In this document: in pieces, positions 27,862-36,431 of the stretch
Position numbering within the stretch: position 1 is the stretch's first letter
How the letters are laid out: every line of letters starts with the position of its first letter
Source: Puia sp.
GTDB taxonomy: Bacteria; Bacteroidota; Bacteroidia; Chitinophagales; Chitinophagaceae
Assembly (NCBI GenBank): GCA_035948015.1
Contig: DASZJO010000114.1
Span: 31,780-95,779, forward strand
Reading direction: 5' to 3'
DNA length: 64,000 nt
Translations under genes and position numbers: made by a program
The notes under the pieces: generated by a model
Database searches by the model: none
Told to the model about the DNA's origin: nothing
What the model saw: only the letters and a program-made list of their open reading frames with translations

Positions 27862-27876
27862 AATAAATCCGAAAAA

Positions 27877-28872
27877 ATGAAAGTTGCAGTCGTCGGCGCC
27901 ACCGGCCTGGTAGGCACCAAAATGTTACAAGTTCTGGCAGAAAGGAATTTCCCCGTTACCGAATTGATCCCGGTGGCCTCTGAAAAGTCCATTGGGAAAG
28001 AAGTCGAGTTCAAAGGCAAAAAATACAAGGTAGTCAGCGCAACCGACGCCATCGCAGCGAAGCCGGCCGTTGCCCTCTTCTCCGCGGGCGGCAGCACCTC
28101 CCTGGAATGGGCCCCCAAATTCGCCGCGGCGGGCATCACCGTCATCGACAACTCCTCTGCCTGGCGGATGGACCCGGCTAAGAAACTGGTCGTCCCCGAA
28201 CTCAATGCCGACGTTCTCACAAAAGAAGATAAGATCATCGCCAACCCCAATTGCTCCACCATCCAGATGGTCGTCGCGCTGAACCCCCTGCACAAGAAGT
28301 ATAAGGTCAGGCGGATCGTGGTTTCCACCTACCAGAGCGTCACCGGCACCGGGGTCAAGGCCGTGGCCCAACTGCAAAACGAGCGGAAGGGCGTAAAGGG
28401 CGACATGGCCTACAAATACCCTATCGACCTCAACGCCATCCCCCAGATTGACGTGTTCCTTGATAACGGTTATACGAAAGAAGAGATGAAGATGGTAAAT
28501 GAGACAAGAAAGATCATGCGCGACAACGACATCCGGGTAACGGCAACCACCGTCCGCATTCCGGTGATGGGCGGTCATAGCGAAGCCGTTAACGTCGAAT
28601 TCGAGAAGGATTTCGACCTTGAAGAGGTGCGCACCCTCCTGGGCAAAGCGCCCGGGATCATCGTCGTCGACGACCCGGCTACCCAGCAATACCCGATGCC
28701 GCGGGACTCGCACGAAAAGGATGAGGTATTCGTAGGCAGGTTACGCCGCGACGAATCCCAACCAAATACCCTGAACATGTGGGTAGTAAGCGATAACCTG
28801 CGTAAGGGCGCCGCAACAAACGCCGTCCAGATCGCGGAGTACCTGCTTGAAAAGGGTTTGTTGAAGCCATAG
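27877..28872 (+). CDS. asd: Aspartate-semialdehyde dehydrogenase
   Basis: MKVAVVGATGLVG Rossmann start and active-site NPNCSTIQ. Full-length Asd; the track ORF starts earlier at 27823, inside the terminator. Confidence 0.95.
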   Translation: MKVAVVGATGLVGTKMLQVLAERNFPVTELIPVASEKSIGKEVEFKGKKYKVVSATDAIAAKPAVALFSAGGSTSLEWAPKFAAAGITVIDNSSAWRMDPAKKLVVPELNADVLTKEDKIIANPNCSTIQMVVALNPLHKKYKVRRIVVSTYQSVTGTGVKAVAQLQNERKGVKGDMAYKYPIDLNAIPQIDVFLDNGYTKEEMKMVNETRKIMRDNDIRVTATTVRIPVMGGHSEAVNVEFEKDFDLEEVRTLLGKAPGIIVVDDPATQQYPMPRDSHEKDEVFVGRLRRDESQPNTLNMWVVSDNLRKGAATNAVQIAEYLLEKGLLKP

Positions 28873-28873
28873 T

Positions 28874-29536
28874 CTATTCGATCGCCCGATTGAGGAAATA
28901 GACAAACCCCTTCATCGATTCAAAGGTATTTAACACCTCCTTCAGGAGGGACCGGGATGCCATCAACTCATCGGTAAGAGAACGCGTGACTACGAAACTC
29001 TTTAATTTCAGGAACTCGATGGCTGGATTTTCCGCATCATAGCCCTTGGGCGGCCTGGAAAGGATCTCACCCCGATCCAGGCCCTCAGGGAAGTGCTTTT
29101 TAAAGCGCCGGTCCCCAAGTATCTTCGACCATTCGGGAAAGTTATAGTCAATCTCCTGCCGCACCTTGTTCAACTCCGCAGGCTTCGGCATCCACAACCC
29201 GCCACCCGCCATGCTTTGACCGGGCTGCATATGAATATAATAACCCGCCGTCGGGGCTTTCTTGCCGCCTTTGTTGAGAAAGGCGCCCATATGGGTCTTA
29301 TAAGGGGTTTTGTCGCTGGAGAAGCGAACATCGCGATAAATCCGGTAAGTACAATCCTTTGCCTCCAAAGATTTGATGTCGGGGTCAATCTTTCCCAAAC
29401 CTTCGATCAACTGTGCTACGAAAAGTTCGGCATCTTCTTTAGCATCCAGGTAAACAGATTTGATCTTCTCGAACCAGGGCTTGTTGTTATTCTTTTTGAG
29501 GTCTTTTAGGAATTTGAGAGTAGAAGTTTTGAGCAT
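28874..29536 (-). CDS. DUF2461 (TIGR02453) family protein
   Basis: FLKDLKKNNNKPWFE and YRIYRDVRFSSDKTPYKTHMGAF are typical of the family. Confidence 0.8.
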   Translation of the reverse strand: MLKTSTLKFLKDLKKNNNKPWFEKIKSVYLDAKEDAELFVAQLIEGLGKIDPDIKSLEAKDCTYRIYRDVRFSSDKTPYKTHMGAFLNKGGKKAPTAGYYIHMQPGQSMAGGGLWMPKPAELNKVRQEIDYNFPEWSKILGDRRFKKHFPEGLDRGEILSRPPKGYDAENPAIEFLKLKSFVVTRSLTDELMASRSLLKEVLNTFESMKGFVYFLNRAIE

Positions 29537-29551
29537 AATCGGTAATTCGGT

Positions 29552-30124
29552 CTATCTGATCCGTCCCCAGTTCTCTCCGCTCTTGATGCGGTACATGGTC
29601 ATTTCGCTGACATGATACTTTTCAGCAAGCTTCTTGATGGTCAGCTGCCGGTTCTTACTCGATAAGGTTTTCTTAATGGTCTTTACCTGGTTGGCGGTAA
29701 GCTTTAGTCCAACGGTACGGTTTGCCTGAACTTTTTTGTACGCGATCTTCGCAGGGCTCTTTTGCTGGTGGTCAATCATCTCCTCCAACGTAGCCCATTT
29801 CAGATTCCTTGCCGCGTTCTCCAGCTTGTTATGATTCACATGAATGACATACTTGTGCTTGAGCGACGCCTTGCTTAGAAAAAGACGGGCGATCTCCCGA
29901 TGGATATAGAGAGTCCCATTGTTGCCTGGCCGGTGCAGATTTAGGGTCTTGTAACCGGTAGTCAGGCTGCCGTTCAGCAGTTTGCCGTCGGCTAGCACAT
30001 CTTCCGAGTAGCTGGCAACGCGACCCAGAGAAGATAGTGCGTATTTTTTTCGGAGTTGTTTCCAGCCGGGAAACTGCAATGGTTTCCACACTTCGCCGGT
30101 GAGTTTTCTAATCATGCCGAACAA
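29552..30124 (-). CDS. Free-standing NUMOD4 / HNH_3 homing-endonuclease-like protein with a C-terminal HTH
   Basis: NUMOD4-like WKPLQFPGW...YALSSLGRVASY; HNH_3-like GYKTLNL...IHREIARLF...VIHVNHNKLENAARNLKWAT; C-terminal HTH LTIKKLAEKYHVSEMTMYRIKSGENW. Visibly more AT-rich than its neighbours. Confidence 0.7.
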   Translation of the reverse strand: MFGMIRKLTGEVWKPLQFPGWKQLRKKYALSSLGRVASYSEDVLADGKLLNGSLTTGYKTLNLHRPGNNGTLYIHREIARLFLSKASLKHKYVIHVNHNKLENAARNLKWATLEEMIDHQQKSPAKIAYKKVQANRTVGLKLTANQVKTIKKTLSSKNRQLTIKKLAEKYHVSEMTMYRIKSGENWGRIR

Positions 30125-30220
30125 TTTTCTTAAAGTTACGAAAAAGAATTTCGAATTACCAGTAACGTAAGAAAATAATATTATATGTTATTGCCCCGCC
30201 CCTTACCTATCATTGCCTCC

Positions 30221-32311
30221 CTACTGCGCATTTATCAACGTTATGAACTCGTCCTCCGTGAGTATGTGTATCGAAGTGATCTTTTTGGCCTTTTCCAGTT
30301 TGCTGCCCGCGTCTTCACCGACTACAAGGTAGTTGAGCTTGCTGCTAACTCCGCTCAGCAGCTTGCCGCCGTTCCTTTCAACCGCCTCCTCCGCTTCCGA
30401 CCGCTTCAGCCGGTTAAGGGTGCCGGTGAACAAGAACGTTTGGCCATCCAGGTTGCCTCCCGCCGCCTTGGACTTATTGCTCTGTAAACTCAGCCCCAGG
30501 GCCTCCAGCTCCTTTATTAAATGCAGGTTATCCGGATTGTGGAAGAACTGGTAGACGCTGGTAGCCACTTTGGGGCCTATGTCTTCCAAATTCTGAAGGT
30601 CTTCTACCGTATAATCCGCAAGATCCTTAAGGTGTGCGACGGCTGCAGCGAGTACCTTGGCGGTAGTCTCCCCGACATAACGGATACCCAGTCCGAAGAT
30701 CAGCCGGTGCAGCGGTTGCTGCCGCGACGCCTCGATCGCTGCCTGAAGATTGCCGACGCTCTTCTCCCCAAAACCCTCCAACTCCCGGATCTTGTCAAAC
30801 GGCAGCCGGTAGATCCCCGGAATATCCTTGACAAACCCAAGCTCGTAGAATTTACGGACATTCGCTTCCCCCAAACTGCGAATATCCATGGCATCCTTAC
30901 TGGAAAAATGAATGATCCGCTCTACCACCTGCGCCGGACAAGTGATATTTATACAACGCCAGACCGCTTCCCCCTCCGGCTTAACCAACTTGTCCCCGCA
31001 AACGGGACAATGCGTCGGGAATACGATAGGTTGCTCTTCCCCGGTCCTCAACTCCGTAAGCGGTTTCACAATGTAAGGAATGACATCCCCCGCCCGCTCA
31101 ACCAGCACCTTATCCCCTATTCGAAGGTCCTTTTCCCGGACTACATCCTCATTGAATAAAGAAATGGAACCGATCGTAACGCCGCTCAGCGGAACAGGAT
31201 CGATCTTGGCAACCGGCGTAATACTCCCGGTACGGCCCACCTGGAACTCGACCTTCCGCAAAATACTGGTTGCCTGACGCGCCTTGAACTTAAATGCAAT
31301 GGCCCAACGCGGATGGTGCGTCGTCATCCCCATCCTCTCCTGTAAGGCGATCGAATCCACCTTGATCACCATCCCGTCGATCTCATATGGCAAACCGTCC
31401 CGCTGCTGCTCGAATGCGTGACAATAGTCGATCACCTCCCGAATACCCTTCACCGTCTTGAGCTCTTTTTGCGGACTGCGGAAGCCAAGGTCCCACAACA
31501 TCTTCAGACTGCCGCTGTGGGTAGCCAACGCCGGATGGTCGGTCGCAGGCGTGAAATAACTGACATGATATAGGAAAGCTTCGAGGTTGCGGCGGCTCAC
31601 CTCCCTGGGATCTTTGATCCGCAACGACCCTGCCGCGGCATTCCTGGGATTGGCGAGCGGCGGGAGCTGCTGTTCGGCCAACTGCTCGTTGTATTTGGCG
31701 AAATTGCGCTTATTCATCAACACCTCCCCCCGGATCTCGATCAATTGAATTCCATACCGGGAAAATGCGGCAGCCAGCGGAACCGAACGGATCTGCCGGA
31801 TATTTGTCGTGATCTCATCGCCCGCCACCCCATCTCCCCGGGTAACCCCTCTCAATAACCTGTCGTTTTCATATACCAGCGAAATACTGGCGCCATCGAA
31901 TTTCGGCTCGATGCAGTAATCCAATACCTCGAGGCCGGTTAGTTCACGCGCCTTGCGGTCCCAATCCAACAGATCATCCTCGTTATAGGAGTTCTCGAGC
32001 GATAACATCGGCACCAGGTGCTCCACGGTCGGAAATTCCTTGGTTAACTGACTGGCTACCCGCTGGGTCGGTGAATCGGCGCTCACCAGCTCCGGGTACT
32101 CCTGCTCCAATTTTTCCAACTCCTTATATAATATGTCATACTCGAAGTCGGCGATCAACGGATCATTTAGAATAGCATACCGGTATTCGTGAAAACGCAG
32201 CACATCCCTGAGCTCCTCCAGGCGATCCTTGTCCACGCCCTTCGATTTAACCTCGGAAAGTAAATCCTTGGAAAGATTTTGCAGCCGCTGCGTTTGGTCG
32301 GAAGAATACAT
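30221..32311 (-). CDS. ligA: NAD-dependent DNA ligase
   Basis: Adenylation motif IEPKFDGASI, Zn finger HCPVCGDKL...CINITCPAQ, HhH repeats, and a C-terminal BRCT (GQTFLFTGTL). Confidence 0.96.
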   Translation of the reverse strand: MYSSDQTQRLQNLSKDLLSEVKSKGVDKDRLEELRDVLRFHEYRYAILNDPLIADFEYDILYKELEKLEQEYPELVSADSPTQRVASQLTKEFPTVEHLVPMLSLENSYNEDDLLDWDRKARELTGLEVLDYCIEPKFDGASISLVYENDRLLRGVTRGDGVAGDEITTNIRQIRSVPLAAAFSRYGIQLIEIRGEVLMNKRNFAKYNEQLAEQQLPPLANPRNAAAGSLRIKDPREVSRRNLEAFLYHVSYFTPATDHPALATHSGSLKMLWDLGFRSPQKELKTVKGIREVIDYCHAFEQQRDGLPYEIDGMVIKVDSIALQERMGMTTHHPRWAIAFKFKARQATSILRKVEFQVGRTGSITPVAKIDPVPLSGVTIGSISLFNEDVVREKDLRIGDKVLVERAGDVIPYIVKPLTELRTGEEQPIVFPTHCPVCGDKLVKPEGEAVWRCINITCPAQVVERIIHFSSKDAMDIRSLGEANVRKFYELGFVKDIPGIYRLPFDKIRELEGFGEKSVGNLQAAIEASRQQPLHRLIFGLGIRYVGETTAKVLAAAVAHLKDLADYTVEDLQNLEDIGPKVATSVYQFFHNPDNLHLIKELEALGLSLQSNKSKAAGGNLDGQTFLFTGTLNRLKRSEAEEAVERNGGKLLSGVSSKLNYLVVGEDAGSKLEKAKKITSIHILTEDEFITLINAQ

Positions 32312-32393
32312 AGCTCAGTTTTATTGAGTAAAATTAATTAAGTGGAATCGCATTCGAAATAACTAAATTCGTATAGTAGCCGCACATATTTCC

Positions 32394-33158
32394 ATGAACT
32401 CCGAAACTATCTCTAATAAAAATGCGTTGCCCAACGATACCACAGTCGGGCAAAAAGATATAAAGACCATCCTCAAAGAGCTGGAGAGCGAAGGCATTAT
32501 CGGGATCTCGGTGGACTGTGTCATTTTTGGTTTCGACGACAACGAATTGAAAGTCCTTCTCATCAAGTCGGATTTCCAGCAATATGACAACAAATGGAGC
32601 CTGCTCGGCGACCTCGTCAACAACCACGAAGACCTCGACGAGGCAGCTTACCGTGTCCTCCACGAACGAACGGGCATGGAAGACGTCTACCTCGAACAGG
32701 TAAAAGCATTCGGCGAAACCGGCCGCCACCCAGCCGCCCGCGTCGTCACGATCGCCTACTGTTCGTTGATCAATATCGAACACCATCAGCTGAAGATCCT
32801 GGCCAACGAACTGCACTGGCACCGCGTAACCACCCTCTCCGAAATGGCCTTCGACCATCGGAAGATCCTCGATGCCTGCTACGTATGGCTCCAGAAGAGG
32901 ATCCAGGAGCACCCCCTCGGCTTCAGCCTCCTCCCCAGGAAGTTTTCCCTCCGCGAGCTCCAGAACCTCTACGAAGCCATCCTCGACGTCAAGCTCGACC
33001 GCCGCAACTTCCGAAAGAAATTCTTTTCCATGGACCTGCTCGAGGACACGGGCGAGCTGGAAACCGACGTCCCCCACCGCCCGGGAAAACTTTACCGCTT
33101 CAACTATGAGAAATACCAGAAGAAGGAACGGAAGAAATGGTTCGGCATCGATTTTTGA
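32394..33158 (+). CDS. NrtR-family (Nudix-related) transcriptional regulator, likely regulator of the adjacent alpha-glucan PUL
   Basis: N-terminal Nudix fold with a degenerate Nudix box (GDLVNNHEDLDEAAYRVLHERTGM; REUxEE is replaced by RVLHER). C-terminal NrtR-type winged helix (FSLRELQNLYEAILDVKLDRRNFRKKF...PGKLYRFN). Confidence 0.75.
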   Translation: MNSETISNKNALPNDTTVGQKDIKTILKELESEGIIGISVDCVIFGFDDNELKVLLIKSDFQQYDNKWSLLGDLVNNHEDLDEAAYRVLHERTGMEDVYLEQVKAFGETGRHPAARVVTIAYCSLINIEHHQLKILANELHWHRVTTLSEMAFDHRKILDACYVWLQKRIQEHPLGFSLLPRKFSLRELQNLYEAILDVKLDRRNFRKKFFSMDLLEDTGELETDVPHRPGKLYRFNYEKYQKKERKKWFGIDF

Positions 33159-33213
33159 CCTCAGGCAATCGATTTTTGACCCCGCTTGGACAACCGATTG
33201 CATTCCTTAACCG

Positions 33214-33221
33214 TATATTTG
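33214..33221 (+). promoter_or_regulatory. -7 promoter box TATATTTG upstream of the PUL susC
   Basis: Exact TAnnTTTG match 168 nt before the susC ATG. Confidence 0.4.
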
Positions 33222-33322
33222 TATTGCCCCCGCCCGGTCCGCAGCCCGCATTTTTGTTAACAAAAAATTTTTCATGGAATTCCGCCGTGAATATTGTGAG
33301 AAACGAAAAATGTTCCTAACAT

Positions 33323-33362
33323 TGTGTATTCTTTACACAGACTAATGTGTAAAACTTACACA
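33323..33362. promoter_or_regulatory. Two tandem inverted repeats TGTGTA-N5-TACACA and TGTGTAA-N3-TTACACA just upstream of susC (operator or RNA hairpins)
   Basis: IR1 33323-33339 and IR2 33346-33362, with centres 23 bp apart, ending 27 nt before the ATG. Confidence 0.5.
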
Positions 33363-33388
33363 ATAACACACTAAAACTGATTGCCAAT

Positions 33389-36300
33389 ATGAGAAAAAAG
33401 CGATTGCTTGCAAAAGCAGGTGTTTTCTGCTTACTGATTATGCTCGCGCTACCGGCATATAGTCAGAACACTGTGGTTACCGGCAAGATCACCGATTCGA
33501 CCGGCACCCCCTTAGTCGGAGCATCGGTAACCATAGCAGGCTCCCCGAGAGGCACCACTACGGATGCAAACGGTGTCTACCACCTGAATGTAACTTCCAG
33601 TGATAAGACCCTGCTCGTTTCCGCTGTTGGATATTCTCCCCGGCGGATCTCCATCGGCAGTTCCGGTCTCATCATCCTTTCGGCCGTCAATTCCAGCCTG
33701 AATGAGGTAGTCGTCATCGGTTACGGCACCCAGCTGAAAAAGGACCTGACAGGTTCCGTCGCATCCGTCAACGCCAAAGATTTCCAGCATGGGGCCATCA
33801 CGAGCTTCGATCAGCTGATCGCAGGCAAGATAGCGGGGGTCTCCGTAACCTCAAATGGCGGCCAGCCTGGCAGCGCCAGCACGATCCGCATCCGCGGGGT
33901 TTCTTCGATTAACGGTAATACCGATCCATTATACGTTCTCGACGGTTTGGAATTGCCGAACTCAACAAATAACGGGATTTCGACAACAGCCGCAATAAAT
34001 AGCCCGCTGGATTTCCTAAACCCGGATGATGTCGCAAATATCACCGTGCTGAAGGACGCTGCCTCATCTGCTATTTATGGTTCGCGGGCGTCAGCGGGTG
34101 TGGTTATGATCAACACTAAAAGAGGCGCAAGCGGAAATCCGGTCATGAATTTCAACACCTCCATCACGGCGGGCACGATCGCGAAATATCTGCCCGTGCT
34201 GTCCGCAGGCCAGTTCCGGAACTACGTGAACAGCCAGGTGGCTATCAACCCGGCTGATTCGACATTTGCGGATATGATGGGCGGCGCGAATACGAACTGG
34301 CAAAAGCTGATCTATCAGACGGCCGTAACGGACAACGAAAACCTCAGCGTTATGGGTACCACAGGCAGTATGCCTTATAGGGTCTCATTGGGGCATCATG
34401 GTGAACAGGGGATCCTGAAAACGGATAACCTCCAACGGCAAACCGTCGGCATCCACCTTTTCCCGCATTTCCTGGACGACAAGCTGAAGATTGACGTGAA
34501 TCTGAACGGCATCTATACCGGCTCACGTTTTGCCAACACTAGCGCAGTGGGCTCGGCAACTACCTTCGATCCCACCCAGTCACCGTACCAAAAAGGTAGC
34601 GCCTGGGGCGGCTTTTTTGAATGGACCAACCGCTCTACCGGAGCCTTGAACGCGCTGGCCACCAAGAACCCGCTTGCACTGCTCCAACAGGATAACAATT
34701 ACGGCAATGCGGCCGCAAGCATCGGTAATGTGCATGCCGACTACCAAATCCCCCACGTAAGCGGGCTGCATGCCATTGCCGACCTGGGTTATGAGGTTAC
34801 CTCCGGCTACGGTCAGAACGCAGTGCCCGGGGATGCAGCACAGCAGGCTGCCAACTCACCGGGACCCGGGCTCATCAGCAAATACAAGACCAACAATACT
34901 TATATTCGGGCTCTTTATCAGCTGAGTTATATAAAGGATCTCCCGTCTATCAAGAGTAATATAAACTTGATTGGAGCGTACACCTATGCAAACACGGCGA
35001 CTACACAGTATAATTATCAATCGTATGATGCATCCAATGCTATCCTCAGCGGTTCGGTGCCTGTTTATCCTACAAATCCTGCGGACTATACGCTGATCTC
35101 TTATCTCAGCCGCCTGATCTATACCTTCGACCAGAAATATATCCTGACTGCCTCGATCCGGGACGACAGATCATCCAAGTTCAACCCATCCAATCGCCAG
35201 GCGATCTTCCCGGCCGTAGCCGCAGCCTGGCGGATCAAACAGGAAAAATTTCTTAGCGGCGTTAATTGGCTGACGGACCTCAAACTACGGGGCAGCTATG
35301 GCAAGACCGGAAATCAGGACGGTATCAACGATTACAGTTACATCCCGGTCTATTCGCTGAGTACCAACTCCTCGCAGTATAAATTCGGCAACACTTTTTA
35401 TAATACCTATACGCCTGCTGCCTTCAACGCCAACATCAAGTGGGAACAGACCACTTCCGCCAATGTAGGCCTGGATTTCAGCCTGTTCGAGGGCCGGATC
35501 ATCGGCGCCGTCGACTATTACAACAAGTCGATTTCCAACCTGTTCTTTCCCACTTCGGTTCCGGCAGGAACCAATTTTACCAATAACCTGACCGCGAATA
35601 TCGGGACGATGACCGATCACGGGGTCGAGTTGGCCCTGAGTATTAATTTGATAAAGGCTCGCAATTTTAACTGGGACGTGGATTACAACATCGCTTATAA
35701 CAAGAATACGATTACCAAAATAACGGTTGGGCAACCCGGCAGCAATTTCTACGGCATCCAGGCGGGCCCCATTGGCGGCGGGACAGGCAACATGATCCAG
35801 ATCCAAACCGTCGGTTATGACCCCTATTCCTTTTTTGTGCTTCAACAGGCTTATGGGAAAAACGGCCAGCCGCTGGAAGGTATCTTTGTGGACCGCAATC
35901 GGGATGGCGTGATCACTCCGCCGCCCTCAGGAGATGCGTATCACGATCATTCCCCTTATGCGCCCGTGATCATGGGCATGACGAACACCTTCAGCTATAA
36001 CAAATGGAGCCTTACAATCGTAGCCAGGGCTAACATCGGCAATTATATGTATAACAACGTCGCCTCTGACCTTGGGGTGACGGAGTATATGCTGAACCCG
36101 CTCAACTATCTGACGAATGCGTCGACGGATATCTATAAGAGCCATTTTTACGCCCCGCAATACTACTCGGACTATTATGTCGAGAATGCCTCCTTTGTGC
36201 GAGTGGATAATATCGGGATCAACTATAAAGTTGGCCGGGTAGCTCGTACTTCCACGCTGAACCTGAGCGCCAATTGCCAGAATGTGTTTGTGATCACCAG

Positions 36301-36397
36301 GTATTCCGGTCAGGATCCGGAGGTAAGCGGCGGTATCGACAATAATATTTACCCCCGGCCCAGAAATTATACGATCGGAGCAAGTCTTAATTTCTAA
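33389..36397 (+). CDS. susC: SusC-like TonB-dependent transporter of the alpha-glucan PUL
   Basis: Signal peptide, CarboxypepD_reg-like domain (VTGKITDSTGTPLVGASVTIAG), plug (VVVIGYGTQLKKD, ITVLKDAASSAIYGSRA), TIGR04056-type barrel. Confidence 0.93.
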   Translation: MRKKRLLAKAGVFCLLIMLALPAYSQNTVVTGKITDSTGTPLVGASVTIAGSPRGTTTDANGVYHLNVTSSDKTLLVSAVGYSPRRISIGSSGLIILSAVNSSLNEVVVIGYGTQLKKDLTGSVASVNAKDFQHGAITSFDQLIAGKIAGVSVTSNGGQPGSASTIRIRGVSSINGNTDPLYVLDGLELPNSTNNGISTTAAINSPLDFLNPDDVANITVLKDAASSAIYGSRASAGVVMINTKRGASGNPVMNFNTSITAGTIAKYLPVLSAGQFRNYVNSQVAINPADSTFADMMGGANTNWQKLIYQTAVTDNENLSVMGTTGSMPYRVSLGHHGEQGILKTDNLQRQTVGIHLFPHFLDDKLKIDVNLNGIYTGSRFANTSAVGSATTFDPTQSPYQKGSAWGGFFEWTNRSTGALNALATKNPLALLQQDNNYGNAAASIGNVHADYQIPHVSGLHAIADLGYEVTSGYGQNAVPGDAAQQAANSPGPGLISKYKTNNTYIRALYQLSYIKDLPSIKSNINLIGAYTYANTATTQYNYQSYDASNAILSGSVPVYPTNPADYTLISYLSRLIYTFDQKYILTASIRDDRSSKFNPSNRQAIFPAVAAAWRIKQEKFLSGVNWLTDLKLRGSYGKTGNQDGINDYSYIPVYSLSTNSSQYKFGNTFYNTYTPAAFNANIKWEQTTSANVGLDFSLFEGRIIGAVDYYNKSISNLFFPTSVPAGTNFTNNLTANIGTMTDHGVELALSINLIKARNFNWDVDYNIAYNKNTITKITVGQPGSNFYGIQAGPIGGGTGNMIQIQTVGYDPYSFFVLQQAYGKNGQPLEGIFVDRNRDGVITPPPSGDAYHDHSPYAPVIMGMTNTFSYNKWSLTIVARANIGNYMYNNVASDLGVTEYMLNPLNYLTNASTDIYKSHFYAPQYYSDYYVENASFVRVDNIGINYKVGRVARTSTLNLSANCQNVFVITRYSGQDPEVSGGIDNNIYPRPRNYTIGASLNF

Positions 36398-36431
36398 ATT
36401 ATACGTATTACTATCATAAATGCTTGAATAT

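Noticed and set aside
27823-27876. ORF-track start of asd at 27823
   Set aside because: It would translate straight through the terminator hairpin and poly-T (MSGAFPQGRLFFFNKSEK). The canonical Asd N-terminus MKVAVVGATG begins at 27877.
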